Shown here: positions 19,160-46,164 of the stretch, in pieces
Position numbering within the stretch: the stretch's first letter is position 1
Layout: every line of letters starts with the position of its first letter
Origin: Macrostomum lignano
Taxonomy: Eukaryota
Reading direction: 5' to 3'
Assembly: GCA_002269645.1 (NCBI GenBank)
Contig: NIVC01000061.1
Span: 62,001-126,000 of the forward strand
DNA length: 64,000 nt
The notes under the pieces: generated by a model
Database searches by the model: none
Told to the model about the DNA's origin: nothing
Seen by the model: the letters and a program-made list of their open reading frames with translations, nothing else
Program-made: the position numbers and the translations under genes

Positions 19160-20795
19160 CTCAACTCTTAGAGAGACCCTAAATATTGCGATTTATCTGA
19201 TTGCTAATAAGTAAGAGGGTAAAGTTTTACTCCTTGTTCTCTCTTTTTCGAGAGGGTGTACGCTGCATTTGCTCTAACTGCCCACTTTAGGCTGCGTACA
19301 TAAGTACCGGTACAAATCCTTTTCTAATTTGGAGCTCGATCATATTCTGCCGTTCTGCAAAGATCTGCAGATTTAAGACTTAGATCTGTCTGCCACTGAC
19401 GTTAAGACTGACAGCAGACAAAAGGAATTCGATAGCTATTGTGCAAAGTTTGCTTTGCTTGCTTTGTTCTGCGACGATTCGGAAATGCAATACTGAAATA
19501 TGGAAAAATGAAATAATGGGTTCCATAAAACAGGAGCAGATGCAATTTAGGATTTTAGGTGACGGCTCAGCGGTTATGATGTATACGCTCGTACAGGACA
19601 TGTTGCTAATGATTCGTGGCGAATTCTTAGCAAACAGTGCACCCGATCAATTTGGTAGCTTCGCGCTTGCTAATTGCCAACTGATGTCAAAGCATGCCTC
19701 ATCTTCTATGGATGGGAGTGAGTTTCTTGGATATTTTACCTGGAAGAGGAAGTTTGTTTTTCTCTATTAACACTTCCTAGCTCTGTGTATTGTGATTGTC
19801 TAACCAGGAAAAATACACTTCGATACTGAATTTACGAACAAAACCTATATAAGCATAGTTAGATAGCTAATGGATAAGACAGCAATGAAGACATCGCTTA
19901 TTTGCTTTTCTACCTTGTTTCTGCCTGCATTAGGAGCCACTCGTAGAATAGAAAGCTATCTAAACACAGACAATTTAAGTTGACAACTAACTATCCATGT
20001 ATATCTAAGTAGCTACCTAGAAAGATACATGTATTGCCAATGCCTGGATAGATTTCATCAAGCGAACTCTCAGAAAAGTGACTTCGGCAACGACTTCAAC
20101 TTTGAAAGAAAGTTTTTTGGGATGCTCGAATTTCAAATAGTAAGAATATTTTCGGTTTTATTCTTAAATCCATATACTAAAAATGGTCTGTCGGTAGGTA
20201 AGTATGCGATCGTATATCGCTAAAATCCAAACTTCAAAATCAAAAACATTACTGATGGGTTACTTCTGGCGTGAAAAACGGATGCAAAACTTGAATTTGC
20301 AGGCTAAAACTCTTAAGAAGTTCGAGGAAACTACCGCAGACTTGCTCTGATTAGACCTGAAAAAGCTTGACAAACTTGAACACCTGACAGAAGGGCTAAA
20401 TGTTTACTTGAACGCTGCTCCTAAGGACTCAACTGAAAGCTGAGATTATTACGAGCGTATGTTCGCCGCAAAAACTGGAAAACTGGAAAACGCTATGAAA
20501 ACCGTTAAAATGATTTTGTTATTTTGATATCAAAGCCAGTCGTTGATGCGAGTAGTTTCACTGTGCCTCTTAATGATTTTCGGGCGCTTTCAAGAAAACT
20601 TACAGCCGGACTAGAATTTTAGAAACATTGCAATTGGAGAGCGTCAGTCGCCATCCATCCTTAGAAAAAATAGTATATGCATGCGACTGTTTGTCAAGGT
20701 AAAATATCTCTTCCAAAGTTCTGATTTGTTCATTTTTGGTCAATAATAATTGTTCAAGTTTTTTAACGAGACCATTTCCAAGTTTATAGGCTAAA

Positions 20796-21560
20796 TTAGC
20801 GGACGAATTTCTCCCAGTTGGCGTCGGTCTCGACGGCAGCCTCCACGGCGGCATCTCCGTGCAGAATCTGGCGGCAGGCGCGGGTGGCCTTGTTGAACAG
20901 GACGGCCTTGCACACCGGGTTAGCGGCGCACAGGGACACGCAGTGGATTCGGCCGTCTGAACTTTTCTTCTCACCGGCGCAGTAGAACGGGGCGGTCTCC
21001 AGCGGCTGGCTGCTGGGAAGGGCGCTCTTGGCAAAGACGCTGACAGGCTTGCTGTAGGACTGCGGTCCAGGCTCGCATATGAAGCCGTAGCTGTTTCTGC
21101 AGTAAGCGTCAGACAGTTTCATTGGGCTCCCGCCACTGGAGGTCAGAATCAGGCAGTCGGCATTTAAGGAATTGTCCGGTTTTCCAGCCAGCCACATGGT
21201 GTTGGTGATGTTGATGGGAAGTTCTCCATCATCAGTGCTCAGCCAGCCACTTCGAGATGTTTCAGCCTCTTTCATCATGTCCGTAAATCCGACGTAGTAC
21301 TTGTCAGTACTGGTGAGTGGCGCTAACACGGGTTGCAGAGCGACTAGTTTGCTTACCGTGCTCAACAGCCGGCCGCCGATGGCGTTGCAGATACTTTGGG
21401 CTCGGCACCAGTCCATTTTTGGTCCGTCTGACCTCAGATGAAGACAGAAGCCGTCTTGCGGCGAGGTGAAGTTTTCGGGACAGCCAGCGGAAAATTTGAT
21501 GCCCACGCTGCCCAGCACAAGGAGCGCCAGTGAGACACACAGTGGCTGGACTGTCATCAT
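20796..21560 (-). CDS. Secreted C-type lectin + PAN/apple domain protein, 254 aa, intronless
   Basis: Hydrophobic N-terminus (LCVSLALLVLG); CTLD motifs CP..F...FC, W..AQ.IC...GG.L, YVGFTD, W..GKPDN...DC, LSDAYC...GFICE; C-terminal CVSLC...C.A..FN....C PAN pattern. Confidence 0.85.
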   Translation of the reverse strand: MMTVQPLCVSLALLVLGSVGIKFSAGCPENFTSPQDGFCLHLRSDGPKMDWCRAQSICNAIGGRLLSTVSKLVALQPVLAPLTSTDKYYVGFTDMMKEAETSRSGWLSTDDGELPINITNTMWLAGKPDNSLNADCLILTSSGGSPMKLSDAYCRNSYGFICEPGPQSYSKPVSVFAKSALPSSQPLETAPFYCAGEKKSSDGRIHCVSLCAANPVCKAVLFNKATRACRQILHGDAAVEAAVETDANWEKFVR

Positions 21561-23033
21561 GGTGTGAAGTGAAATCTAGTAGTATGTGTCAGTTGGTTTC
21601 CTCGTATGTTTTAAATTATAGTTGTGGTGGTTGGTACTCGGATTGCCATACAACGCAGCGCTTATGCGTGCAATGTAGCAGAAGAGAAAAGACAGAAAGT
21701 TTCTATCTGGCAGCTGATTGGATCTGCATGCAGAGCTCTCTGACTGCCCAGCGTCATCGCTCTCGCAACCGTCCCGAAGCGAAGACAAGTATCTGTAATT
21801 CAGCAGGCCAGATACAGCTAATTAGAGGTAAAAGGTTTTTGAATTGGCAATTTTTAATATTCATAAACTTTCGAAATTACGGTTGGGGTGGTAAAATACA
21901 CTGAAAGCTAAATGTATAACCAAAAATTACCGTCGAATCAGGTAAAAATATCTAATAAAGCGTTAATGTATAAATAAGCTTCCAAAAGAGATCATACGAA
22001 CTAATGTTTAGTCCCCAGTACCCTCTAAGAATCGCAATACACGTGTTTAGCTATTTGCTGAGTGAAAAATTATATTTGCGAAACGATAAACTCAGACACT
22101 ATATACAATACATTTAGCCAACAGGGCCAAAAGCAGCAAGAGGGAAGGCACAGGCGTGGCGACAAAGGCAGCGGACGAAACGAGTCCTGCGATAGCGAAT
22201 ATATTTTAGGATTTGAGGCGATTAAAAGGGAAGTCACGAAGCAACGGAATAAAAGCATTACAAGAAAATTAATAAAAAAACATTTTACGAGCCAAAGCGC
22301 TCTCGCAGCGCGCACGAGAGAGCGTGAGCGCACAAATAAAATCTTTGGCTCGAGTTTAGAGACTTTAATCTTTGGCCCAGAGTGTAAGAAATAAGCTGAA
22401 AACAGGGCTGAACTGGGCAAAAGTACATGTACGTGCCTGAGGAACGAAGCCGCGACTTGAGATAGACAGCCCGTTGTTACAAGCACGTATGAAAATTTCC
22501 TAATATGCATTAAACCACTTGTGCCAGAGTGGTGACCTCTTATGTACCCTTCAGTTAATGGCATTGGAGAGTAGAACCTTTGTGTAAAAGAGTTCTAAGT
22601 CTTCTATCGAGGTCGATTTTGAGAAAACCAATTCTTTACATAAAGCTGATATTCTTAGCATGATGATGACAAGCCTCTCAAACTCTCGCCACTCATCGGG
22701 TATAGACTTTACATACTTTGTAGACATTGTTCTGAAAATGACAGGATGCCATTGACGTCTTGAAATTGATGAACGTTTCTTGCATAAAACCGGTTCTAAA
22801 GAGGGTGTCAACTGAAGCACGGAATAGATCCAGGACCAGAAGTAAGGCTATGAAGTAAGCCGAGCGACTGCAGCTGATAGTTGCCGCGGACCAGTCGACT
22901 GGAAAAGAATTCTATCCTAGCTCGTAGAAGCGCCAGCTACATCAAAAAGTGTGGCTGAACGATGTGGAACAGATCGCTTCAAAAGGCACAAAAAGAGATA
23001 ATACAACGAACATATTTAGGTCTTACGAGTATT

Positions 23034-23077
23034 AATTGCGACGCGTTTCGATCTACTTTGATCATTTACAAGCAATT
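23034..23077 (-). ncRNA. Minimal type I hammerhead-like fold (Penelope-like element pLTR remnant), non-canonical core
   Basis: Minus strand: AATTGC-TTGTAAAT-GATC-AAAGTA-GATC-GAAAC-GC-GTC-GCAATT. Helix I is AATTGC/GCAATT, helix II GATC/GATC, followed by GAAA, palindromic helix III ACGCGT and a GUC triplet. The CUGANGA box is not canonical. Confidence 0.45.
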
Positions 23078-24095
23078 TAGGGAAGAATTGTATCGAATTG
23101 GCGGGTTATAAAAGGCCTAAAATATGCGAGTGTTACAAGAGCAAAATTACGTAATAATTTAATGACAGTCAATCAAAGCATGAAATCGGTGTCTTACATT
23201 TTTTAAGTACATCAAGTCAAGTCAATAGTTCTCAGGGGCTGTGGACCAAGTCTCTATGTCCCTGTTCTCAAGGCTGACAGCTCTATTTAGATCTATCTTA
23301 AAACACATGCGCGGAAGTTTGTTGATGGCCTTTGGGGCAGTTGGCCTGTGCAAAGCTCACAAGAAGGATATACCCCTCAGAATAATTGGGGTCGTACTAT
23401 AAAGCTGTCGTAGCGTAAGTTGGATCTTGCGTCGGAACTTTTACACTGCGGAGATGGGAGCTAAGAACGATCTTATCTTACGATGGCTTTATAGAACGGG
23501 CCCATTTGTCTCCATGACCGATGAGGCTGAATATGGTCTAGATAAATTACGGAACTCTAGCATCAATGTACGTATGTATGTATGATGAGTTTTCGGTCGG
23601 ATCGAATTCCGAATTTATCCAATCCTTAAGAGAACTTAAGCCAAAAATCTCTGGAATACTCGTACTGTGTAGCTTATGTGTTACCTCTCTTTTCGGTCTG
23701 CTCCAAGGCACCTCGCGGCTTGGTGCTTAAACAGAAAGAGTGCGTCTCTTAAACATTAACATAGTCAGAATACTCGTAAGTACCAAAGAGTATTGAGGTC
23801 GCCTGGTATAGAGTGCCAATAAGGATGGAAATCTGAAGCCGATTTTTAGAATCCACCCACCCCCCTCCGGTCACCAAGCTTTTTAGTCTATGGCACAAGT
23901 TGTGGCTAGAATGGCGTACAAAGCCGATGCTCAGAAATATACATAGAGTGCATGAGAAAAATACAAGTAGCTAATGTAGCTGGACGAATACCATGTATGC
24001 TTTAGACGTCCTCAAGACTTTATTTCTGGATCTATACTGTAACCGTACGTACGATGATTGCATTGTGTAAGGAGAAAAGAAGTTGAGCAGGATTC

Positions 24096-25074
24096 TTGCA
24101 GCTGAGTCGGAAAGACAAAAAGCGAGCCTTTTTTAACAACATCCTGCGCTTTTTTAACTACATCATTAAGCGACAAATCAACAACACTGATGCACCTGAA
24201 TTCGCCAGCGCTAACCGTATGCTGCAAACGAAAGTTCGATGCTGCAGGTGGAAGTGTGAAGCGCTTCGAACCGATTGAGGAAACTGACCTCAAGAAAATA
24301 TTTGCGTATACTTTGATCGATCCAATGGTGAACGATTACAGGATGAGGTACTCATCACGCTGATGTATGTATTGGGTGAAAGTGGACAAGAACATATGAA
24401 GCAGCTGCGCCGTAGAGATAGTCTTATTGAAAAGACCGACAGTGATGGTAAGCCGTATTACGAGTTGCCAATGCTGCCGACAAAAAAAACCAAAGCGCCG
24501 AGCCGACACGAGCCAAGCGTTTCAATCCCAAACAAGCTCGATTGTACGGGAAGCAGTACGACCTTCTACGTCTGTACATGTCCGTTCTTCTGTCTGAAAC
24601 GAAAGATGACACTATGTTCCCGCGACCAATGGCCAGTTCCGCTTTACAATTTTCTTTCTCAAGTAAGCAATTCCGAGTCATAAACTGGCTATGTACGTAC
24701 ATGCAGCGGATCAGCAAGATGTGCGGCCTGAGCAAGGGATATACAAACCACTGCATCCGCGTCACTCGCATTGCTGACCTGAAAGATTCAGGCTATTCTG
24801 TGTCTGACATCATGAGCATTACCGGCCACAAACGTAGTTTACTGTGCGACGGTATCTCTCCCGGAAGCGTGACAGCGCCATTCGAGACATGGCGACTACT
24901 GTGGGGGCTACGTTAGAACTACGCGGTCTGAATGCCGACAGCAGTGGTACCTGCGTCTCGACTAGCAGCAAAAGCATCATCGGCCACGAGACAACAACTG
25001 TTCGTGAGAATACCACTGCTGCAGTGTTCTCCAACTGCCAGTTCGCAAATTGCACGATCAATATCAATAAGTAG
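24096..25074 (+). pseudogene. Decayed Crypton-like tyrosine recombinase (DUF3504/KCTD1-N-like) transposon ORF
   Basis: Fragments in several frames: EFASANRML, PIEETDLKKIF, ERLQDEVLITLMYVLG..GQE, KTDSDGKPYY, YMQRISKMCGLSKGYTNHCIR (HxxR at 24749-24760), IMSITGHK (H at 24827), RRY (Tyr at 24853) and C-terminal FSNCQFANCTININK. Multiple frameshifts. Confidence 0.75.
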
Positions 25075-25130
25075 TAGGAATACGTGACAGGGAAATAACA
25101 TCTGTGTTCACCACGTTTTGTTGTATAGCT

Positions 25131-25538
25131 TTTGTCATGCTATCTCAGCCTAGGGACATCCAAACTCAGCCAGCCCCATTCCGCAATGCGTTTTTTGGCT
25201 CGAGCTAGTCGAGTTTTACCATAGACATGCTTCTTAAGGCCATGCTATCTCAGCCTGGGACATGCAATCTCAGCCAATATAGATTTCAATTGCAAACAGA
25301 TCTCAATGCTATCATTTCTGTAACGTGACATGAAATGACAACAAACAGCAATGAATGAACGCAGCAAGAAAAGTCAGTAAGAATTTGAAAAGTGGCTGAG
25401 ATTGCATGTCCCAGGCTGAGATAGCATGGCCTTAAGAAGCATGTCTATGGTAAAACTTGACTGGCTTACGTAAAAAATCGCACTGTTGAGATGGGCTGGC
25501 TGAGTTTGGATGTCTCTAGGCTGAGATAGCATGACAAA
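25131..25538. repeat. ~146-bp inverted repeat (25131-25276 / 25393-25538) directly 3' of the recombinase ORF
   Basis: TTTGTCATGCTATCTCAGCCTAGGGACATCCAAACTCAGCCAGCC...AAGGCCATGCTATCTCAGCCTGGGACATGCAATCTCAGCCA is mirrored on the right. Each arm contains two copies of CATGCTATCTCAGCCT(A/G)GG(G)ACAT. Confidence 0.85.
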
Positions 25539-27799
25539 TACTATACTTACAATACATGAGTCGTATTTGTTTCGCTTTTTGCTTGTTGTTCTCATATTCA
25601 TATTTTTTCCCTGCGAAAATTGTCTGCACGCAATCGTTGAACGCGTACTACGAGCCAATAAATATTAGACCATAGTCTATGGTCAAAATATCTGCTCTAG
25701 CGTGTGACAATCAAAAGTGTTGCCAGTAGGCTTGATCTATTTGTCAATACTAGAGGGTCCTGAAAAGAACAATTAAAAATATAGCTTTTTGCAGCCCATT
25801 TGGGCTTACGCGCATTGAATTTAATCCAAGACATGTTTGCCAATGCACAGCGGCATTTAATTTGGTCCAACAAGCATCAATTTGGTCCATAGCTCCATTT
25901 GCAACTGCTGCGGAGGAGCCACATCAGCCCCAGAATTTTGGACCATATGCTGGGCAGTCGAACGAATGACATTGGCTTGTGATCGAAGCTCTCGACAGAG
26001 GTGAACACCCAAAGGACATTGCAAGGTTGCTGAATTTAAAAGTTCAGGCTCCATTTTGACTCTTAAGTTCTCATCCTATTTGGGCACACCGGTTTCGTAT
26101 TTTTGTTGTTTTTTGTCACACATTACGAAATTCTGGTCGTATTTTACTCTTATACCTTATGCCCTTTATATCGCTTCAATTCAATATGATTCTTCCCTAT
26201 ATCGCGTGAGAGTTATCAAAGTTAATCGAAGCGCGTCGACCTACTTACCTATTTCAGTTGCTTCGTCTCACTTTTTACAGCAAAATAGCTCTTGACGCCA
26301 AAAACTGCTTCATCAGGTCTAAGTTGTAACCATGGATGAATGAATAGAATGGATTGCTATTCTGGCTCTGGCTATTTTCGTTTTTGACTCTTTTGCATCC
26401 GGTTCCCCCCGTGCCTTTTCATTGGTTGATGATTGTTGTAACTTCATCCATGGTTGTAACTCCCTAGGCTCCTGCGAATTCATTGATCTCAGTTTGTTTT
26501 CTCTGAAAGCTTTGGCCCAGTCTGTATTTTTCGTCCGCGTTATTCTCACACGGCTTCTCTGCTCGCTGGAATCGATTGCTTAGGCTTCCCCTTGGTTTCC
26601 CCTGCCAACTTCAAGGTTGCAAAGTCTACTCCCTCTCACAGAAGTTCATTGGCTTTAGTTGCTAGTCTACAATAGATTGGGCTAATTAATCAATGTGTCT
26701 TTTTTCCCTTTTATACCTTTGAATTCTCTAATTCAGGGAGATATAGCTCGTAAAAGGTTTTGTTTAAATTCTAAAGTTTCGCTTTAGTATACATCCATTA
26801 ACTCTAAAGAGAGAGCCTGAGATCTTCTTTGCATATTGCAGCTGCAAAAAACTGCCGTGCCCCGATGGTTTTGCTTTCATGGTTCTATAAATGGCTTGGC
26901 TTGCCTGTCCGCAGCCTGTGGCAATGCGTCTTCATCTATTATTCCATCTTCTGTTCGATGCTCTGTCGTCAAGCACTGCACGTAGGTCTGACTGACTGGT
27001 TTTCTTCTTACCTAAAATTCATAAAAATGCATGACACAACTCGAATCTTTGGTTTTATGAATCTATTTTATCATCTCTGTTACAAATTTCTGTTACACAG
27101 TCAGCTAAGAATGATAAAATAGACTCATAAAACCAAAGAGCTGAGCTGTGCCATTTCAATGGTTTTTAGGCACAAGGCACGTGCAAATGTACGTAGAATA
27201 AAAATTCACATAGAATCCTAATTTTCTGAACGAAAAGCTCCATGAATATATATCGATCGAGCAATATAAGAAAGGCACAATATATCAAAAGATGAACACT
27301 GGATCTGCCTCTTATCAAAAGCAATAGCAATTTTTGTGCTGAAAAATGAAAACTTCCTATCTCCGTAGTATTTTTTCGGGAAAACCTGCCTCCTAAAATT
27401 TTCTAAGAAACGAGGTTTCCCGTCCTACTTAAGTCGTCCTTGGTGCCGCGCAGCTGAGAGGCTTTTCATATTACCAATTCCAGAATCAGAATCGGTTCGG
27501 ATCTTCCAAGAAGATCCGAAGATCCAAGCACGTGTCTTGAACAGCAGTATAACTGCTGTTTAATTCTGTTTAATGTTTGACTGCCTTAACAACCTCACTT
27601 AGCACAATTTTTCACTTTCTTCTTGGCGATTGTCATTCAATAATAAAAACTTTATAGCACGCATCTCCCTCTAGTTATGGAGACAAAATGTTATACTTCA
27701 CAAATTGGTTCTGGTTCTGGAACCAGAACAAGCAATATGAAAAGGCCCTGAGTCTTAGGTTAATTTTTAAAAAGCAATTACACAAGTTACACGTTTAGT

Positions 27800-29950
27800 C
27801 ATTCTCGATAAATGAAAAGATAATAGCAGATATCAATATTTGTTTATTACATTACTTGTTTTACAAAGTTTCTAATAAGGAGTTGTTTTAATAACATAAG
27901 TCGAATTTTATTTTCTAGGAAAGGCAAAATATTTTATTTATCTGCTGCTGTGTTTTTTATAAGAATAGCCTAGGCCTAAAAGGCAATGCCTAGCAAACAC
28001 GAGCCGTCAGTATCGTGGTAATCAATAATATGAATCTTCTTTAAGGACTTAATACTGAAACCGAACAAAGTTAGCGCCAGACCTCAAGAATCATTTGACT
28101 TGTGGACTAGGCCTGAGACCTAGAAAATAAAGTTTCTATTCTAGTTTTATGTAGAAAAGTAAGAGTAAGTGGCAGAAAAGATTTAAGTCTTCTATGTAAG
28201 CCTAGCCTGTATGTACTGCTAAAAAATATTAAATTTAAATTAAAATGAGTGACACCAATGAGAACAATAGTGCAACTCACAACCCTGGTGGCACTCTTGA
28301 GGATGTTCCAGATTTACCAGGTTTGTTAATGAATAATGAGTCAATGACAATGCTTGAATTTGTTTTGTATTATGACAAATTATATAGAAATGCTCTTTTA
28401 TTATGTTAATACCTATATGCAGAATTAAATTCAATATTATGTAATAAGTCTAAAATAAAAACTTATAATTCAATACTAGGGGGCTGGTTTCTAGGCCTAA
28501 GATATTTTTTAGACAACCAATTTCTTTTGGTTATTCCTAATGCCACTAGGGGGCCTATTAAAAAATAGCAATTTGATACAAAGTAGCTTCCAAAAATGTA
28601 TTAAAAAACAAACAATTTTCAAATGAAAAAAGAAATTAATGTTTTAATGTTTTAAAGTATAAAATTAAAAATATATGAAAAGGATTTTTTTCAAGTTGAT
28701 ATTGTAATTAACTTTATAATTTTGATAAGATTAGACCCTAGGCACTTCTAGTTCTTTTATTTGTAGGCCTAGCTTTTATTTCTTTTATTTTTAGGCTTTA
28801 GTTATAATTTTATTAATCTATATGGTTTTCAAATAGACTCATTTTCAACTTAAGCTTCATTTATATATTGGCTTAAATTAATTATCAAGTTTGGTTTAAT
28901 AGAAAAAATATAGGCCTATCTCTAGTGCTTGTATAAATCTTTCTATCTTAAACTTTCCGTTGACTATACCCTAGCAGTTGGAGCTATCATATATGCATAA
29001 CTTTTTTATTTATACCAGCTATGTTTTATAAATTTGTTTGGCCTCACCTTTGCTAGCCAGCCATATTGTACATATACGTCATATATATTGGCTATTGACC
29101 TTTTGGTTAAGTCATTTTCTAGGGTTTCAATTTTTTTAACCTAATCTTGAATAGGTTTTTAATAATAAAATCATTCATAAAATGTATTAAAATTAAAATT
29201 GATAAAACAATCCCTATAAAGAATCTTCCCATTCAGGTTGGACTAAATTATATTGACCAAATATAGCAATCTATGAAGTATATATTTCTTTATTAATTTT
29301 AGAAAAAATAATTTTCAAATTCCTACAAGTTTCTTTAAATATCAGCTAATGGTATAATAAATATATACCTCTAGATATACATTTTAATAATAATATGCAC
29401 AATGTATATACAAAATGTTTCCTTTTTGCTAAAATACATAATGAATATTAGAATATAGGGAATAGGTAGGACATTAGGGCAGTTTGAGTATTTTAAAGAC
29501 TGACAAATAAAAAACAATAAAAATTATTTTTAAAATAATAAATACTGATTTTTTAAAGTTTTTTTTCAAAAAAATACTTTAAAAAATAATGTAATTATTT
29601 TATAATTATGAATAAAATTCAATATGATACACTATATAATTTTTTATATAATTTGCTTCTAAAAATAGAACTTTTTTAAGTAGTGGTATTATATTGCAAT
29701 TGATAACTTTTTAGATATCAATAGCACAATGGTATATATGTCTTTACTTCAATAAAGTTATTTTTTCATCTGTTAGTGATTTTTTGATATCTAAAAGTTG
29801 CTATTATTAATTCTACTCTAATATCTTAGACTATTTTAAATTAGCTAATTTTTATTATCTATAGAGTTAGTTTCATCCTTATCATAAATAAAATTGTTAA
29901 TTAATATTATCCTGATTGCATACTCAATAGCCATTGAGCCATAATAGTCA
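27800..29950. other. Extremely AT-rich non-coding block with repeated TAGGCCTA
   Basis: Lines 28621 and 29521 have only 5-6 G/C per 60 nt; TAGGCCTA at 27971, 28492, 28764 and 28911. Confidence 0.7.
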
Positions 29951-30006
29951 TTAGTCATTGTCCTTCACCACATACTCTTTCACCTATTAATTTCCTATAC
30001 ATGCAG

Positions 30007-44708
<14,702 letters not shown>

Positions 44709-45374
44709 TCAAAATAGAAGTCTGTTACAAAGTACAATCTGTACTTACTGGTCAATTCCAATGCTAATATTTTTGTCCCAATTTGCTAATCAAGTTTTTG
44801 TTGGTGTTCCAGTGCGATAAATAGTCAGTTATTATGTAGTACTTATTATGTATGCATCTTGAAATGTTCAGACCGAACACATTCTCAACAAGTTATAATG
44901 GAAATCACACCTGTTGATATGATTTATATAAACTGTTTATGAAGTGCACAAGAATTATTTTATTTTTGGTTCGGTCTGTCGCAAGATTAACAAAATTAAT
45001 TTGTGCTCTTAATTATAACTTTTATATAACGTTATATTCTTATTCCTAATTATATTTTTACATGATTTTTGTGATACTCTTTGCTTCAATGCTCATCCCA
45101 TGTTCTCAGTTGCTGTATGCTATCCTACTCAGATATTTACCTCTTCAGTTCTCACTGCATCCAAGCCAGTCGGTTATTGGGTGTTTAATGTTTGTTCTAT
45201 ATACATTCCCGTATATTACCGGCTATGGAGCTCTTCTCATTATACAGTTTATTGTTTTATGAGGCCAGAACTTTGTAATAGTTGTTTGTGGTCAGTTTCA
45301 GTTATTTATTGTTTTATTCCAGTTATATTTGACGGTTATTGTACTGAAAATTATATTCCTGTTCGCCTACTTTA

Positions 45375-45820
45375 GATTTATAATCCCAGTCTGTAGATCT
45401 ATAATCCTAGTCTATAGATCTATGATCCCAGTCTGTAGATCTATGATCCCAGTCTGTAGATCTATGATCCCAGTCTGTAGATCTATGATCCTAGTCTGTA
45501 GATCTATAATCCCAGTCTGTAGATCTATAATTCCAGTCTGTAGATCTACAATCCCAGTCTGTAGATCTACAATCCCAGTCTGTAGATCTATGATCCCAGT
45601 CTGTAGATCTATGATCCCATTCTGTAGATCTATAATCCCAGTCTGTAGATCTATAATTCCAGTCTGTAGATCTACAATCCCAGTCTGTAGATCTACAATC
45701 CCAGTCTGTAGATCTACAATCCCAGTCTGTAGATCTATAATCCCAGTCTGTAGACCAATAATCCCAGTCTGTAGATCTATAATCCCAGTCTGTAGATCTA
45801 TAATCCCAGTCTGTAGATGA
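45375..45820. repeat. 21-bp minisatellite TCTGTAGATCTAT(G/A)ATCCCAG
   Basis: About 20 copies downstream of the flippase stop. Confidence 0.93.
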
Positions 45821-46164
45821 ATATTTTAAGTAACGTACTCTTTTGTAATTCCAAATTCAATAATATAACTATCCCAGTAATTAACATGATGCACTCGTTT
45901 AATTATTGTACAATTGGAGTCAAATTCTAAACAATTTTCTTATCTATACTTAATTATATGTCTATACTTAGTTATACTAATCCTCGTGTTGCCAATTACA
46001 CTGATTCACAATTTGATGATAAGTTCGGAGCGGAATTACACATTGATTTATTGCGCATATCCAGCTGTCAGTCTGTGGCCCTGGTTTGCGATTTTCAAAT
46101 ATAATATTTTGCTATCAGTTTGCTCTCGTTTTATTTGCTTTCTCTAACTAGGATTTGATAACAA

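Noticed and set aside
20255-20527. ~90-codon frame with two TGA (MGYFWREKRMQNL...) as pseudogene or selenoprotein
   Set aside because: No recognisable homology and no SECIS seen; two stops in 90 codons is within chance.
19441-22820. ORFs 19441-19770, 22062-22394, 22070-22564 and 22551-22820
   Set aside because: No recognisable domains, splice structure or coding bias.
25857-27122. Short ORFs as retroelement relics
   Set aside because: No RT, endonuclease or gag motifs could be identified by eye.
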